From positions 13,336 through 77,335 of the forward strand of contig CATEFX010000057.1 in NCBI GenBank assembly GCA_949499105.1: 64,000 nucleotides of DNA, read 5' to 3'. Below, one piece after another: positions 51,025 through 59,433 of this stretch; position 1 is the first letter of the stretch, and the number at the start of each line of letters is the position of its first letter. The notes under the pieces are model-generated. The model was not told where the DNA came from. It was given only the letters and a program-made list of their open reading frames with translations, and ran no database searches. The stretch is from Formosa sp. Hel1_33_131. Lineage in GTDB: Bacteria; Bacteroidota; Bacteroidia; Flavobacteriales; Flavobacteriaceae. Both the position numbers and the translations under genes were made by a program.

Positions 51025-52920
51025 ATGGAAGAAAAAAAATTAGACATCAATTCAATTATTGGGTTTTTGCTCATTGGGGCTATTTTACTGTATATGTTGT
51101 GGCAAAATCAACCAACTCCAGAAGAACTAGCACTACAAGAAGAAGCGAAACAAGAACAGTTAGCTTCTGAAGCAGCCAATAAATCGGCGATTGAACTTAC
51201 CATTAATAAGGTTCCCAATCCAACTATAAATGATTCTTTACAACTGGCAAGTTTTAAAAATAAGATAGGCGATTTTGCATATGCACTGACTTTGCCATCG
51301 GCAACTTCAAATATTACAAGTTTTGAAAATGAAGTTTTAGCACTTAAAATCGACACTAAAGGTGGTTTTATTTCTGAAGTTAAATTAAAAAGTTATGTAA
51401 ATCATGACTCTGTTCCTGTGTATTTAATTAAAGACGGCAGCTCAGTATTTAATTTAAATTTTGCAACTTCAGATAACCGGATCCTAAACTCGTCCGAACT
51501 CTATTTTCAACCATCTCTTTCAACATCGGGAGACAATCAGGTGCTTTCAATGCGACTTAAGGTTTCTGAAACACAATTTTTAGAATACCGCTATGAATTG
51601 AAACCTGATAATTATATGTTAGGCTTTTCGGTACGTTCACAAGGGTTATCATCGGTTTTAAACACTTCGCAAGAGGTTCAGTTGGATTGGAAATTTAAAG
51701 CACATCGTCAAGATCAAAGTGTGTCTTTTGAAAATAGATATACGCGTTTGACCTATCAACATGAAGGCGATAAAGTCAATAAGTTATCTCAGACAGGAGA
51801 TGATGATGAAATTGAATCTGACTTGGCTTGGATATCCTTTAGACAACATTTCTTTAGTTCTATCTTGGTACCCGAAGTCCCGTTTAAATCAGCCGATTTA
51901 AAATCATTCAATTTAGTCAATGATGAAACAGTAGATACTTTATTTACAAAACGCTATGAAGTCAGCCTACCATTAAGTTTTTCAGGGGGAGAATTAGCGC
52001 ATAACATGAGTATTTATTATGGACCAACATATGACGATATTCTAAAACAATACGATCAAAATTTAGAAGCGAGTATTCCTTTTGGATGGGGAATTTTTGG
52101 ATGGATTAATAAAGCAGTTTTTAGTCCATTGTACGCTTGGTTAACAAACTATCTGTCTTATGGAATCGCCATTATTGTGATGACTATTATGGTAAAAATA
52201 GTATTATCATTTGTTCAGTATAAGCAGTTTTTATCGCAGGCTAAAATGAAAATTTTAAAACCAGAATTGGACGCCATTCGCGAAAAACACAAGAACAATA
52301 AAATGAAGGTCCAGCAAGAAACAATGGCGCTTCAAAACAAAGCAGGAGCCAGTCCTTTAAGTGGGTGTTTGCCTGGCATGCTTCAATTGCCTGTATTCTA
52401 TGCCTTGTTTATGTTTTTTCCAATTGCATTTGAATTACGTCAAAAACCATTTTTATGGGTAGACGATTTAAGTTCGTATGATTCGATTGCTGAGCTTCCG
52501 TTTAATATTCCATTTTACGGCGATCATATTAGTTTATTTCCAATACTGGCTTCGATTGCAATTTTCTTCTATATGAAGATGACCACAGGGCAACAAATGG
52601 CCACTCAACCCACACAAGAAGGCATGCCCGATATGGCTAAGATGATGAAATACATGATCTATTTATCGCCAATCATGATGTTATTTTTCTTTAATAATTA
52701 TGCTTCTGGATTGAGTTTGTACTACTTTATTTCTAATTTAATTAGTATCGGAATTATGTTGGTCATCAAAAACTATATTATCGATGAAGATAAAGTATTG
52801 GCTAAAATTCAAGTGAGTAAAGCAAAGCCAAAAAAGCAAAACCGTTTTCAGAAAAAAATGGCAGACATTATGGCACAAGCTGAAACACAAAAAGCGTTGC
52901 AAGAAAAGCGAAAAAAGTAA
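51025..52920 (+). CDS. yidC: Membrane protein insertase YidC
   Basis: N-terminal TM, periplasmic domain, GCLP..LQLP, FLWVDDLS, GLSLYY. Confidence 0.96.
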   Translation: MEEKKLDINSIIGFLLIGAILLYMLWQNQPTPEELALQEEAKQEQLASEAANKSAIELTINKVPNPTINDSLQLASFKNKIGDFAYALTLPSATSNITSFENEVLALKIDTKGGFISEVKLKSYVNHDSVPVYLIKDGSSVFNLNFATSDNRILNSSELYFQPSLSTSGDNQVLSMRLKVSETQFLEYRYELKPDNYMLGFSVRSQGLSSVLNTSQEVQLDWKFKAHRQDQSVSFENRYTRLTYQHEGDKVNKLSQTGDDDEIESDLAWISFRQHFFSSILVPEVPFKSADLKSFNLVNDETVDTLFTKRYEVSLPLSFSGGELAHNMSIYYGPTYDDILKQYDQNLEASIPFGWGIFGWINKAVFSPLYAWLTNYLSYGIAIIVMTIMVKIVLSFVQYKQFLSQAKMKILKPELDAIREKHKNNKMKVQQETMALQNKAGASPLSGCLPGMLQLPVFYALFMFFPIAFELRQKPFLWVDDLSSYDSIAELPFNIPFYGDHISLFPILASIAIFFYMKMTTGQQMATQPTQEGMPDMAKMMKYMIYLSPIMMLFFFNNYASGLSLYYFISNLISIGIMLVIKNYIIDEDKVLAKIQVSKAKPKKQNRFQKKMADIMAQAETQKALQEKRKK

Positions 52921-52950
52921 AATATTCGATTTTTGTTAGTTGAGGTCGTT

Positions 52951-53178
52951 CTAAAAGTCAAATAAGTCTTTAAGTTCGATCTCTAACGCAGAGGCAATAT
53001 TGTAGAGAGTCAAGGTTGTAGGATTTGTTCTACCAGACTCTATTCGTCTCAAAGAACCGTCGTCGATATCCAAAATATCAGATAGTTCTTTTTGTTTTAT
53101 GCCTCTCTCTTTTCTTATCTTAACTATGTTTTCTCCTAATAGTTTAAGATAATTTCTCTCTTCTTTGGTTATCGACAT
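52951..53178 (-). CDS. XRE-family HTH transcriptional regulator (copy 1)
   Basis: LGENIVKIRKE..QKELS..LRRIESGRTNPT..IASAL. Confidence 0.9.
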   Translation of the reverse strand: MSITKEERNYLKLLGENIVKIRKERGIKQKELSDILDIDDGSLRRIESGRTNPTTLTLYNIASALEIELKDLFDF

Positions 53179-53239
53179 TTGGAATCATATAATTTAATTG
53201 GTATTTTTTTATAATATATATCAATAATAAAACACAACA

Positions 53240-53285
53240 AAGGGCGTTAATGCCCTTGTCGAATTGATGTTTTTTATTAATTTTG
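53240..53285. promoter_or_regulatory. Putative XRE operator AAGGGC-N6-GCCCTT plus divergent TAATTTTG promoter motif
   Basis: Palindrome 53240-53257; -7 motif 53278-53285. Confidence 0.6.
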
Positions 53286-53575
53286 TTACTGTATATTTTT
53301 GACTAGAGAATACACTACTCAGATGTCCCAATGTCTAAACATATTTCATATCATGATGCTTTCTCGTTCAGTTTTTTAGTCTCAAACAAAAAATATTGAT
53401 ATTTATTAATTGGGGTTCGTTTTATCAATAGTGTTCTTTTTGAACATTTGGACGAGATAAGTTTCATATTTATCCGATAGTTTTATTGAATTTTGATTAA
53501 TGCTTATGATATTCAATATTTAATCTACCCACTAACGAGTTACAATATTACAAAGGGATTAAAGCTCTATTGATT

Positions 53576-53809
53576 TTAAATTGTAATTTCAAATAAGTCT
53601 TTAATTTCTATTCCTAATGCATTAGCTATTCGTAATAGGGTGATAGTTGTCGGATTCGTCCGTCCAGATTCGATTCGTCTCAACGAGCCATCATCCATAT
53701 CCAAAAGATCAGATAACCCCTCTTGTTTTAATTTCTTTTCTTTCCGGATTTTTACAATATTACGTCCTAAAAGCTTAAGATAATCTCTCTCTACATTGGT
53801 TAATGGCAT
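53576..53809 (-). CDS. XRE-family HTH transcriptional regulator (copy 2)
   Basis: Paralog of 52951..53178 with identical DDGSLRRIESGRTNPT segment. Confidence 0.9.
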   Translation of the reverse strand: MPLTNVERDYLKLLGRNIVKIRKEKKLKQEGLSDLLDMDDGSLRRIESGRTNPTTITLLRIANALGIEIKDLFEITI

Positions 53810-53852
53810 TTTCGTTTTTCAAATTTAATAGGTAAAACCAATAATGTAGATA

Positions 53853-53911
53853 AATAATAAAAATAATCACAGGGCATATACGCCCTGTGATTATTTTTAT
53901 TATTATATTTG
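53853..53911. promoter_or_regulatory. 52-bp palindrome (23-bp perfect arms, AGGGC-N6-GCCCT core) adjoining a TATATTTG promoter motif
   Basis: aataataaaaataatcacagggc-atatac-gccctgtgattatttttattatt; -7 motifs at 53904-53911 (+) and 53820-53827 (-). Confidence 0.75.
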
Positions 53912-54647
53912 CGGGGTTGATTAATAAATTTGGAATAAAAATTTTCAAAATTAATAATCTATACGAATATAAATCATAAATTTTATAGATGACCCCAAGT
54001 CTAACAAAACTCTATCCTTATTTACAAACCTTTACAAGTTGGTGTTTATTAGATCGATTCAAGCATCGTGAATCTAATGTACACGCAATTTATTTTTGGA
54101 TACTTACACTAATTCCGCTAAACAACCCACCTTAAAAATTTGATAGGTAACTTTTTTTCATTAGTAATAGATATTTATACCAATAATCAACTCTGATTCC
54201 CAATTTCATGACAACTCCAACTTATCCTAATTTGGGTTCATCCTTCATTAACTAATGTAGTTTATGAAAAAAATAATAAAAGATGTTTTTGTCTTTTATT
54301 ATTTTAATTACTACATTTGTTTCGTTAAGTAATATTTTATATATGATCCCAAGTCAAAAAAAACACTATTTAAATTTACTGTCAATTAATAGTTGGTATC
54401 TATTAACTGGGTATAAGTATGTTGAATCTTATGCACCAGCATTATTTTTTTGGACTTCACGACTTTCATTATCACAGCTTGGAATGGGCTCTGAATATTT
54501 ACATATTTCAGGGGCCTTAGACGATAAATTGTGTGTTCAACTTAATAATAGTGATCCTTAATATCAAGAATCAAAAACAATTACATTATGCCTAACCAAT
54601 TAACTTTAACTAAAAATTATACGATAAGAAACCATTAAATCAGCCCC

Positions 54648-55328
54648 ATGCTGTCCAAAACTATAAATTTGAAGACTCAGATTATCAAATCAAACCCTGC
54701 TAAATCTCTGAATGCATTAATTTTTGGAGTGTTTTTTCTATTTTTTTGCCTTAGCGTAAAGGGACAGATTTATATTGAAGAAGGGGTGTTAATTACATTA
54801 GAGAAGGTTTCGACCATAATTGTATCTGGTGAGTCCAACAACCAAATTAACTCATCCATAGAGGGTAAAGGCGTTTTTATATTTAATTCAAAGTGTCCCC
54901 AACAACTTAACAGTTCTCAAGCGTTGTTGATACTTCCAAATTTATGCTTTAAAAATGCCAATTTAGCTCATATAGAAACATCTCTTGAAATTGTAAATAA
55001 CTTAATTATAGAGCAAGGAACTCTGTTGCTTCATAATGATTTACATTTACAAGACAGCAATTCTCTGCTCACTTTTGGTAATGGCAAAGTGTTGTATACC
55101 ATTCATGGTCAACTTATTTATAATTTACAGTTTAGGTCCAACAACACACTTTTGGTATTGCTTTTATCCAAATCATTAATATCTAATGTAATTACTTCAA
55201 TTAACACGATAGAGTTTGCAGAATGGTCTATAACATCTCGTGCCATCGATATGTATATGCTTTCTTATGAATCGCTGTACATGTCTCAGCTCATTCCACC
55301 ACCAAGAATTTTCAATACATTTTCATAA
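54648..55328 (+). CDS. Hypothetical secreted protein ending in PPPR (module copy 1, gene A)
   Basis: Hydrophobic signal-like segment ending VKG-Q; homologous to 58043..58657. Confidence 0.7.
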   Translation: MLSKTINLKTQIIKSNPAKSLNALIFGVFFLFFCLSVKGQIYIEEGVLITLEKVSTIIVSGESNNQINSSIEGKGVFIFNSKCPQQLNSSQALLILPNLCFKNANLAHIETSLEIVNNLIIEQGTLLLHNDLHLQDSNSLLTFGNGKVLYTIHGQLIYNLQFRSNNTLLVLLLSKSLISNVITSINTIEFAEWSITSRAIDMYMLSYESLYMSQLIPPPRIFNTFS

Positions 55329-55386
55329 CCTAATTTTCCTTTTTTAATTATTAATGAAGTCTTCGAGCTTCTCAATACTATTTATA

Positions 55387-55890
55387 ATGAAATATATTTT
55401 TATCCTTGCTGTATTTATAGCAACCCCCTTATTTATGACGGCCCAAGTAGGGGTAGGGACCACAAGCCCTGATCCTTCTGCTGCACTTCATTTAGAGACG
55501 AGTACGACGGTCAATCAAGGACTTCTAATTCCGCGAATGACAACGTCTAACCGCAATACAAATATCTTAAGTCCTAGTGTAGGGATTTTGATTTTTAACA
55601 CCACCGACAGCGAATTCCAGGTAAGTACTGCGAATAGTGGTTGGGTGAGTTTAGGGACTTATGCTACTGCTGCTACGTCTACAGGAACAACGACTTCTAC
55701 CGGAAAAATAGGGATAGGTACGAGTTCTCCAGATCCAAACTCCATTTTAGATGTTTCCTCGACGACCAAAGGCGTTTTATTTCCACATTTAGGATCCAAT
55801 CCTGCCAATGAAGCAGGGATGATTTACTACAATTCAACTGTGAATAGAGTCCGTGGATATAATGGAACGACATGGGTCAACCTTAATTAA
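55387..55890 (+). CDS. Small secreted protein with two (QV/KI)GIGT..P..LD..ST..G.L.P repeats (module copy 1, gene B)
   Basis: Signal peptide ending TA-Q; paralog of 58904..59407; start likely ATG 55387. Confidence 0.8.
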   Translation: MKYIFILAVFIATPLFMTAQVGVGTTSPDPSAALHLETSTTVNQGLLIPRMTTSNRNTNILSPSVGILIFNTTDSEFQVSTANSGWVSLGTYATAATSTGTTTSTGKIGIGTSSPDPNSILDVSSTTKGVLFPHLGSNPANEAGMIYYNSTVNRVRGYNGTTWVNLN

Positions 55891-55908
55891 TAATTAATCT
55901 TTAAACAA

Positions 55909-57612
55909 ATGAAAATAATATATAGTAGTATCCTTATCTTATTAATAGGGACCTGTAGTTTAACTGCCCAAGTAGGTATTGGAACCACCAGTCCAAGTGC
56001 GAATGCAGTCATAGATATAATAAGTAACACCCAGGGAGTTGCTTTTCCACATATGAATACGACTCAAAGAACGAGTATAACTTTACCCGCTCAAGGACTT
56101 GTTGTCTTTGATACTGATTTAGATTGCCTCATGGTCAATAAAGGAAATACAACCCACGACTGGCAGTGTTTAGGGGCGAGTACTTTAGAAATTATTGGAA
56201 TGGATGCCGCAACGGGAGGCCCCACAACAGTCACAGCTGTCCAAATTGCGGCCATTCCAGGAATTACTGGGGTTGATCCCGCCCAAGAAGCCAATTATCA
56301 AGCCTATATTAATGCCAATACAGGTTCTTTCTCTTCGCCTGCGACTGTGGGTCAGGTACAAACGATGATAGATTTCTTTAATACGCCTCCTATTAGTATT
56401 CCTACTTCTATCACTTTGACAAAAGCATCAACCTTTATGATTGCCTCGGTATATGATACGGATTATTTGCCATATAACGAACCAACAGCGAATGCATCCA
56501 CAGTCACCCCTCAAGCCGCCGATAGTAGTCCAGACACAGCTATAGATATTCAAGGTAAAATTACCACAGCAGGCACTCAAATTTCGATTCCTGTTACTAC
56601 CACCAATAGCGGAACCTTGCCTGCATTCTCACACTGGATCAACATTCCAGCAACTAAGACCGAAAATGGAATTTCACGTAGTATAGAAATGAGCTGGCCA
56701 AGTACCCCATATACCGGAACAACGACTTCTATTACTGCCACGATCAAATCGATTGGCGGCAATTTAAATGTCAAAAAACTAGACATACAAACTGGTATTG
56801 GTTCAAATGGCATCGGTCTTTTTATGGGTACTTTTAAATATCCTTACAACAATGCTGGAAGTATCTACAACTTGCAAGTACGTGCCATTGCGGGGGTTCC
56901 TGATCGTAATTTTGCCAATGCAAAGCATAAATTTTTATACCTACCAGTTGAAAATCCTATTACAGGTAAAACTTGGTTAAATAATAACTTAGGAGCCAAT
57001 TACAGTAATCTTAATCATGCAAAATTCAGTATTGCCAAGCAAGCAACTATAACTAACGACAAAAATGCCTATGGAAGTTTATTCCAATGGGGTCGGTACA
57101 GCGATGGGCATGAGCTTATAAATTGGGTGTCAGGTACTGCCTCGGATGGAGCAGAGCAAACTGCAAGTAGAGAGATAAATGCTTCAACTAATGATATCAC
57201 ACCAGATAGTCCACATCACAATGATTTTTATTATGGTTTTGCTTATTGGCTCAACCCTAGGAGAGATGATTTATGGCAAGCAACTGGTGTGACGATTGGT
57301 TTAAATGATCCATGCCCAGCTGGTTTTAGGGTTCCTTCAAATGCGGAGTTGAATACAGAACGATTGTCTTGGGTAACAAATGGAAGTACCAATGATGCAG
57401 CTGGAGCACTCGCGAGTCCTTTAAAACTCTCAACAGCGGGCTATCGCAATTCAAGAGCGGGTGATCCCTTTTATGGCGGTAGTGGTAGGTATTGGTCCTA
57501 TACTTTTAGTACAAGTTCGTCTGCCAATTATCTAGAATTTAAATCTGGTTCTGCCTCGACTGATAATGAAAATCGTTCAGCTGGCTTGAGTATCCGTTGT
57601 ATACAGAAATAA
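55909..57612 (+). CDS. Secreted protein with N-terminal QVGIGT domain and C-terminal FISUMP (Fib_succ_major)-like domain (module copy 1, gene C)
   Basis: WLNNNLGA, YGSLFQWGR, DPCPAGFRVPS, GRYWS, GLSIRCI. Confidence 0.8.
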   Translation: MKIIYSSILILLIGTCSLTAQVGIGTTSPSANAVIDIISNTQGVAFPHMNTTQRTSITLPAQGLVVFDTDLDCLMVNKGNTTHDWQCLGASTLEIIGMDAATGGPTTVTAVQIAAIPGITGVDPAQEANYQAYINANTGSFSSPATVGQVQTMIDFFNTPPISIPTSITLTKASTFMIASVYDTDYLPYNEPTANASTVTPQAADSSPDTAIDIQGKITTAGTQISIPVTTTNSGTLPAFSHWINIPATKTENGISRSIEMSWPSTPYTGTTTSITATIKSIGGNLNVKKLDIQTGIGSNGIGLFMGTFKYPYNNAGSIYNLQVRAIAGVPDRNFANAKHKFLYLPVENPITGKTWLNNNLGANYSNLNHAKFSIAKQATITNDKNAYGSLFQWGRYSDGHELINWVSGTASDGAEQTASREINASTNDITPDSPHHNDFYYGFAYWLNPRRDDLWQATGVTIGLNDPCPAGFRVPSNAELNTERLSWVTNGSTNDAAGALASPLKLSTAGYRNSRAGDPFYGGSGRYWSYTFSTSSSANYLEFKSGSASTDNENRSAGLSIRCIQK

Positions 57613-57632
57613 TTGATCCTGAATATCAAACT

Positions 57633-57666
57633 ACACCATTTTATACATAATTGTATAAAATGGTGT
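57633..57666 (+). terminator. 15-bp perfect hairpin after gene C1
   Basis: acaccattttataca-taat-tgtataaaatggtgt. Confidence 0.7.
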
Positions 57667-58042
57667 TTGTTTAATGACTTAAATCATAAAAGCAATTCAA
57701 TACAAAAATGATTTAATGCCGACAGTTCGCTCAAGTTTCCTGAAATTATAAATATAAAAACTTAAACCATGAAAACTTAAAGTGAAGTTAGTGCGATTTA
57801 TATGTTTTTTACCTCCGAGTAAAAGAGCAAGTTTATAGACACAATGAATTCGTTAATAGATTTGAAAACGACTTGGTTTTTTTACTTTCCAGTGAAAGTA
57901 TGATCCAAATCAACGGCTCTATTGAATTAATCCGTTCCTAACATAATAACCTACGTCCATTACGTGTATTAGCCGTTTATTACATAGTGTTTTCGTTTAA
58001 GGGAGCTTATGTTTAAATTTGTACTACAAGCTAATATTTTAC

Positions 58043-58657
58043 ATGCATCAACTCTTAACCTTACTTTTGTTTTTGTGCAGCTTTTGCGGTTTTTCTCAAT
58101 TGTATGTCGCTGATGATTTAGTATTTTCGCTCGTTTCCTCTGAAACAGTTTTTACGACACAAGAAACGGTTAATACGATTAATAGTTCCATTCATGGTGA
58201 AGGTTTTTTTTATTTGAATAGTTCACAATCACAAAATTTAAATAGTTCCTCAGATTTTACACGTCTTCCAAACTTACGTTTACAAAATGCCGATTTGGTA
58301 GATATAACGATGCGTGTTGATATTCAACACGCCTTAATTATTGATAGTGGAACGCTTTTATTAAGCACGGATTTATACCTACAAGACGCTACGGCACTCC
58401 TTATTTTTGGAAATGGTACTGTGTCGCAAACAGCTCTAGGTCAACTGGTTTTTAAATCACAAATAACCCCTAACGACTTCTCATTAACACTGGATACTTC
58501 TACGACATTACTGTTTTCTCTAACGCATACAGTCGATATTATTGAGGTTTCAGAATTGTTTTCAACCCTTCTTTCTCACTTTGAAAGAGGTCCATTTATT
58601 TTTAAGTCGCCTTATCTGAATCTCAGTTCTCCACCTCCGAAGCGTATTCTCGCATAG
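58043..58657 (+). CDS. Hypothetical secreted protein ending in PPPK (module copy 2, gene A)
   Basis: Signal peptide ending GFS-Q; TAAATTTG promoter motif at 58014-58021 argues for ATG 58043. Confidence 0.7.
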   Translation: MHQLLTLLLFLCSFCGFSQLYVADDLVFSLVSSETVFTTQETVNTINSSIHGEGFFYLNSSQSQNLNSSSDFTRLPNLRLQNADLVDITMRVDIQHALIIDSGTLLLSTDLYLQDATALLIFGNGTVSQTALGQLVFKSQITPNDFSLTLDTSTTLLFSLTHTVDIIEVSELFSTLLSHFERGPFIFKSPYLNLSSPPPKRILA

Positions 58658-58689
58658 AGAAAAATTGTATTTTTTATAATCAAATGATT

Positions 58690-58797
58690 CTTATTTGCTT
58701 CGAATTTTTTGGCAGAATGTCAAAAAATATCCGAAAACATCAAGATGTGGGGTCATTGTTTTCGGTAGTGTTTCTATAAAACACACGAAGCAATAAG
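58690..58797 (+). ncRNA. Candidate structured RNA, four-way junction
   Basis: Closing stem 58690-58702/58786-58797 enclosing three hairpins with 1-2 nt linkers. Confidence 0.5.
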
Positions 58798-58903
58798 CGT
58801 CATTCTAAAACTACTTTTTTTTTGCTAAAATTATTTTCTAACTAAAAATGATTACCTATTTATATTTTTAAACTGAACCCAATGGTTCACAAATAAATAA
58901 AAA

Positions 58904-59407
58904 ATGAAAAAAGTACTATTTTGCGTTGTTATCATTGCAACAAGTTTTATGGGCATTGCCCAAGTCGGAATAGGGACCACAAGCCCTGATCCTTCCGCTG
59001 CACTTCATTTAGTGACGAGTACGACGGTCAATCAAGGACTTCTAATTCCGCGAATGACAACGTCTAACCGCAATACAAATATCTTAAGTCCTAGTGCAGG
59101 GATTATAATTTTTAATACCACCGATAGTGAATTTCAAGTGAGTACTGCTAATGGGAACTGGGTGAGTTTAGGAACTTATGCCACTACTGCTACCGTTTCA
59201 GGAACCACACTTTCTACTGGGAAAATCGGGATTGGTACTACCGCTCCAGATCCAAATACCATTTTAGATGTTTCGTCGATCACCAAAGGGGTTTTATTAC
59301 CACTCTTAGGAACCGATCCGGCCAGTGTCGCAGGGATGATTTACTACAATTCATCTACGAATAGAGTCCGTGGTTATAATGGAACGACATGGGCCAACCT
59401 TGATTAA
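58904..59407 (+). CDS. Small secreted QVGIGT-repeat protein (module copy 2, gene B)
   Basis: Paralog of 55387..55890. Confidence 0.8.
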   Translation: MKKVLFCVVIIATSFMGIAQVGIGTTSPDPSAALHLVTSTTVNQGLLIPRMTTSNRNTNILSPSAGIIIFNTTDSEFQVSTANGNWVSLGTYATTATVSGTTLSTGKIGIGTTAPDPNTILDVSSITKGVLLPLLGTDPASVAGMIYYNSSTNRVRGYNGTTWANLD

Positions 59408-59433
59408 TTAATAATTAATAAAAGTTTAAACAA

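Noticed and set aside
54283-54561. 92-aa ORF
   Set aside because: No recognisable motif, AT-rich low-complexity intergenic context, and no counterpart in the duplicated module.
58690-58797. Cloverleaf as a tRNA gene
   Set aside because: Stem lengths do not fit, and there is no T-loop GTTC, D-loop GG or 7-nt anticodon loop; kept as an unknown structured RNA instead.
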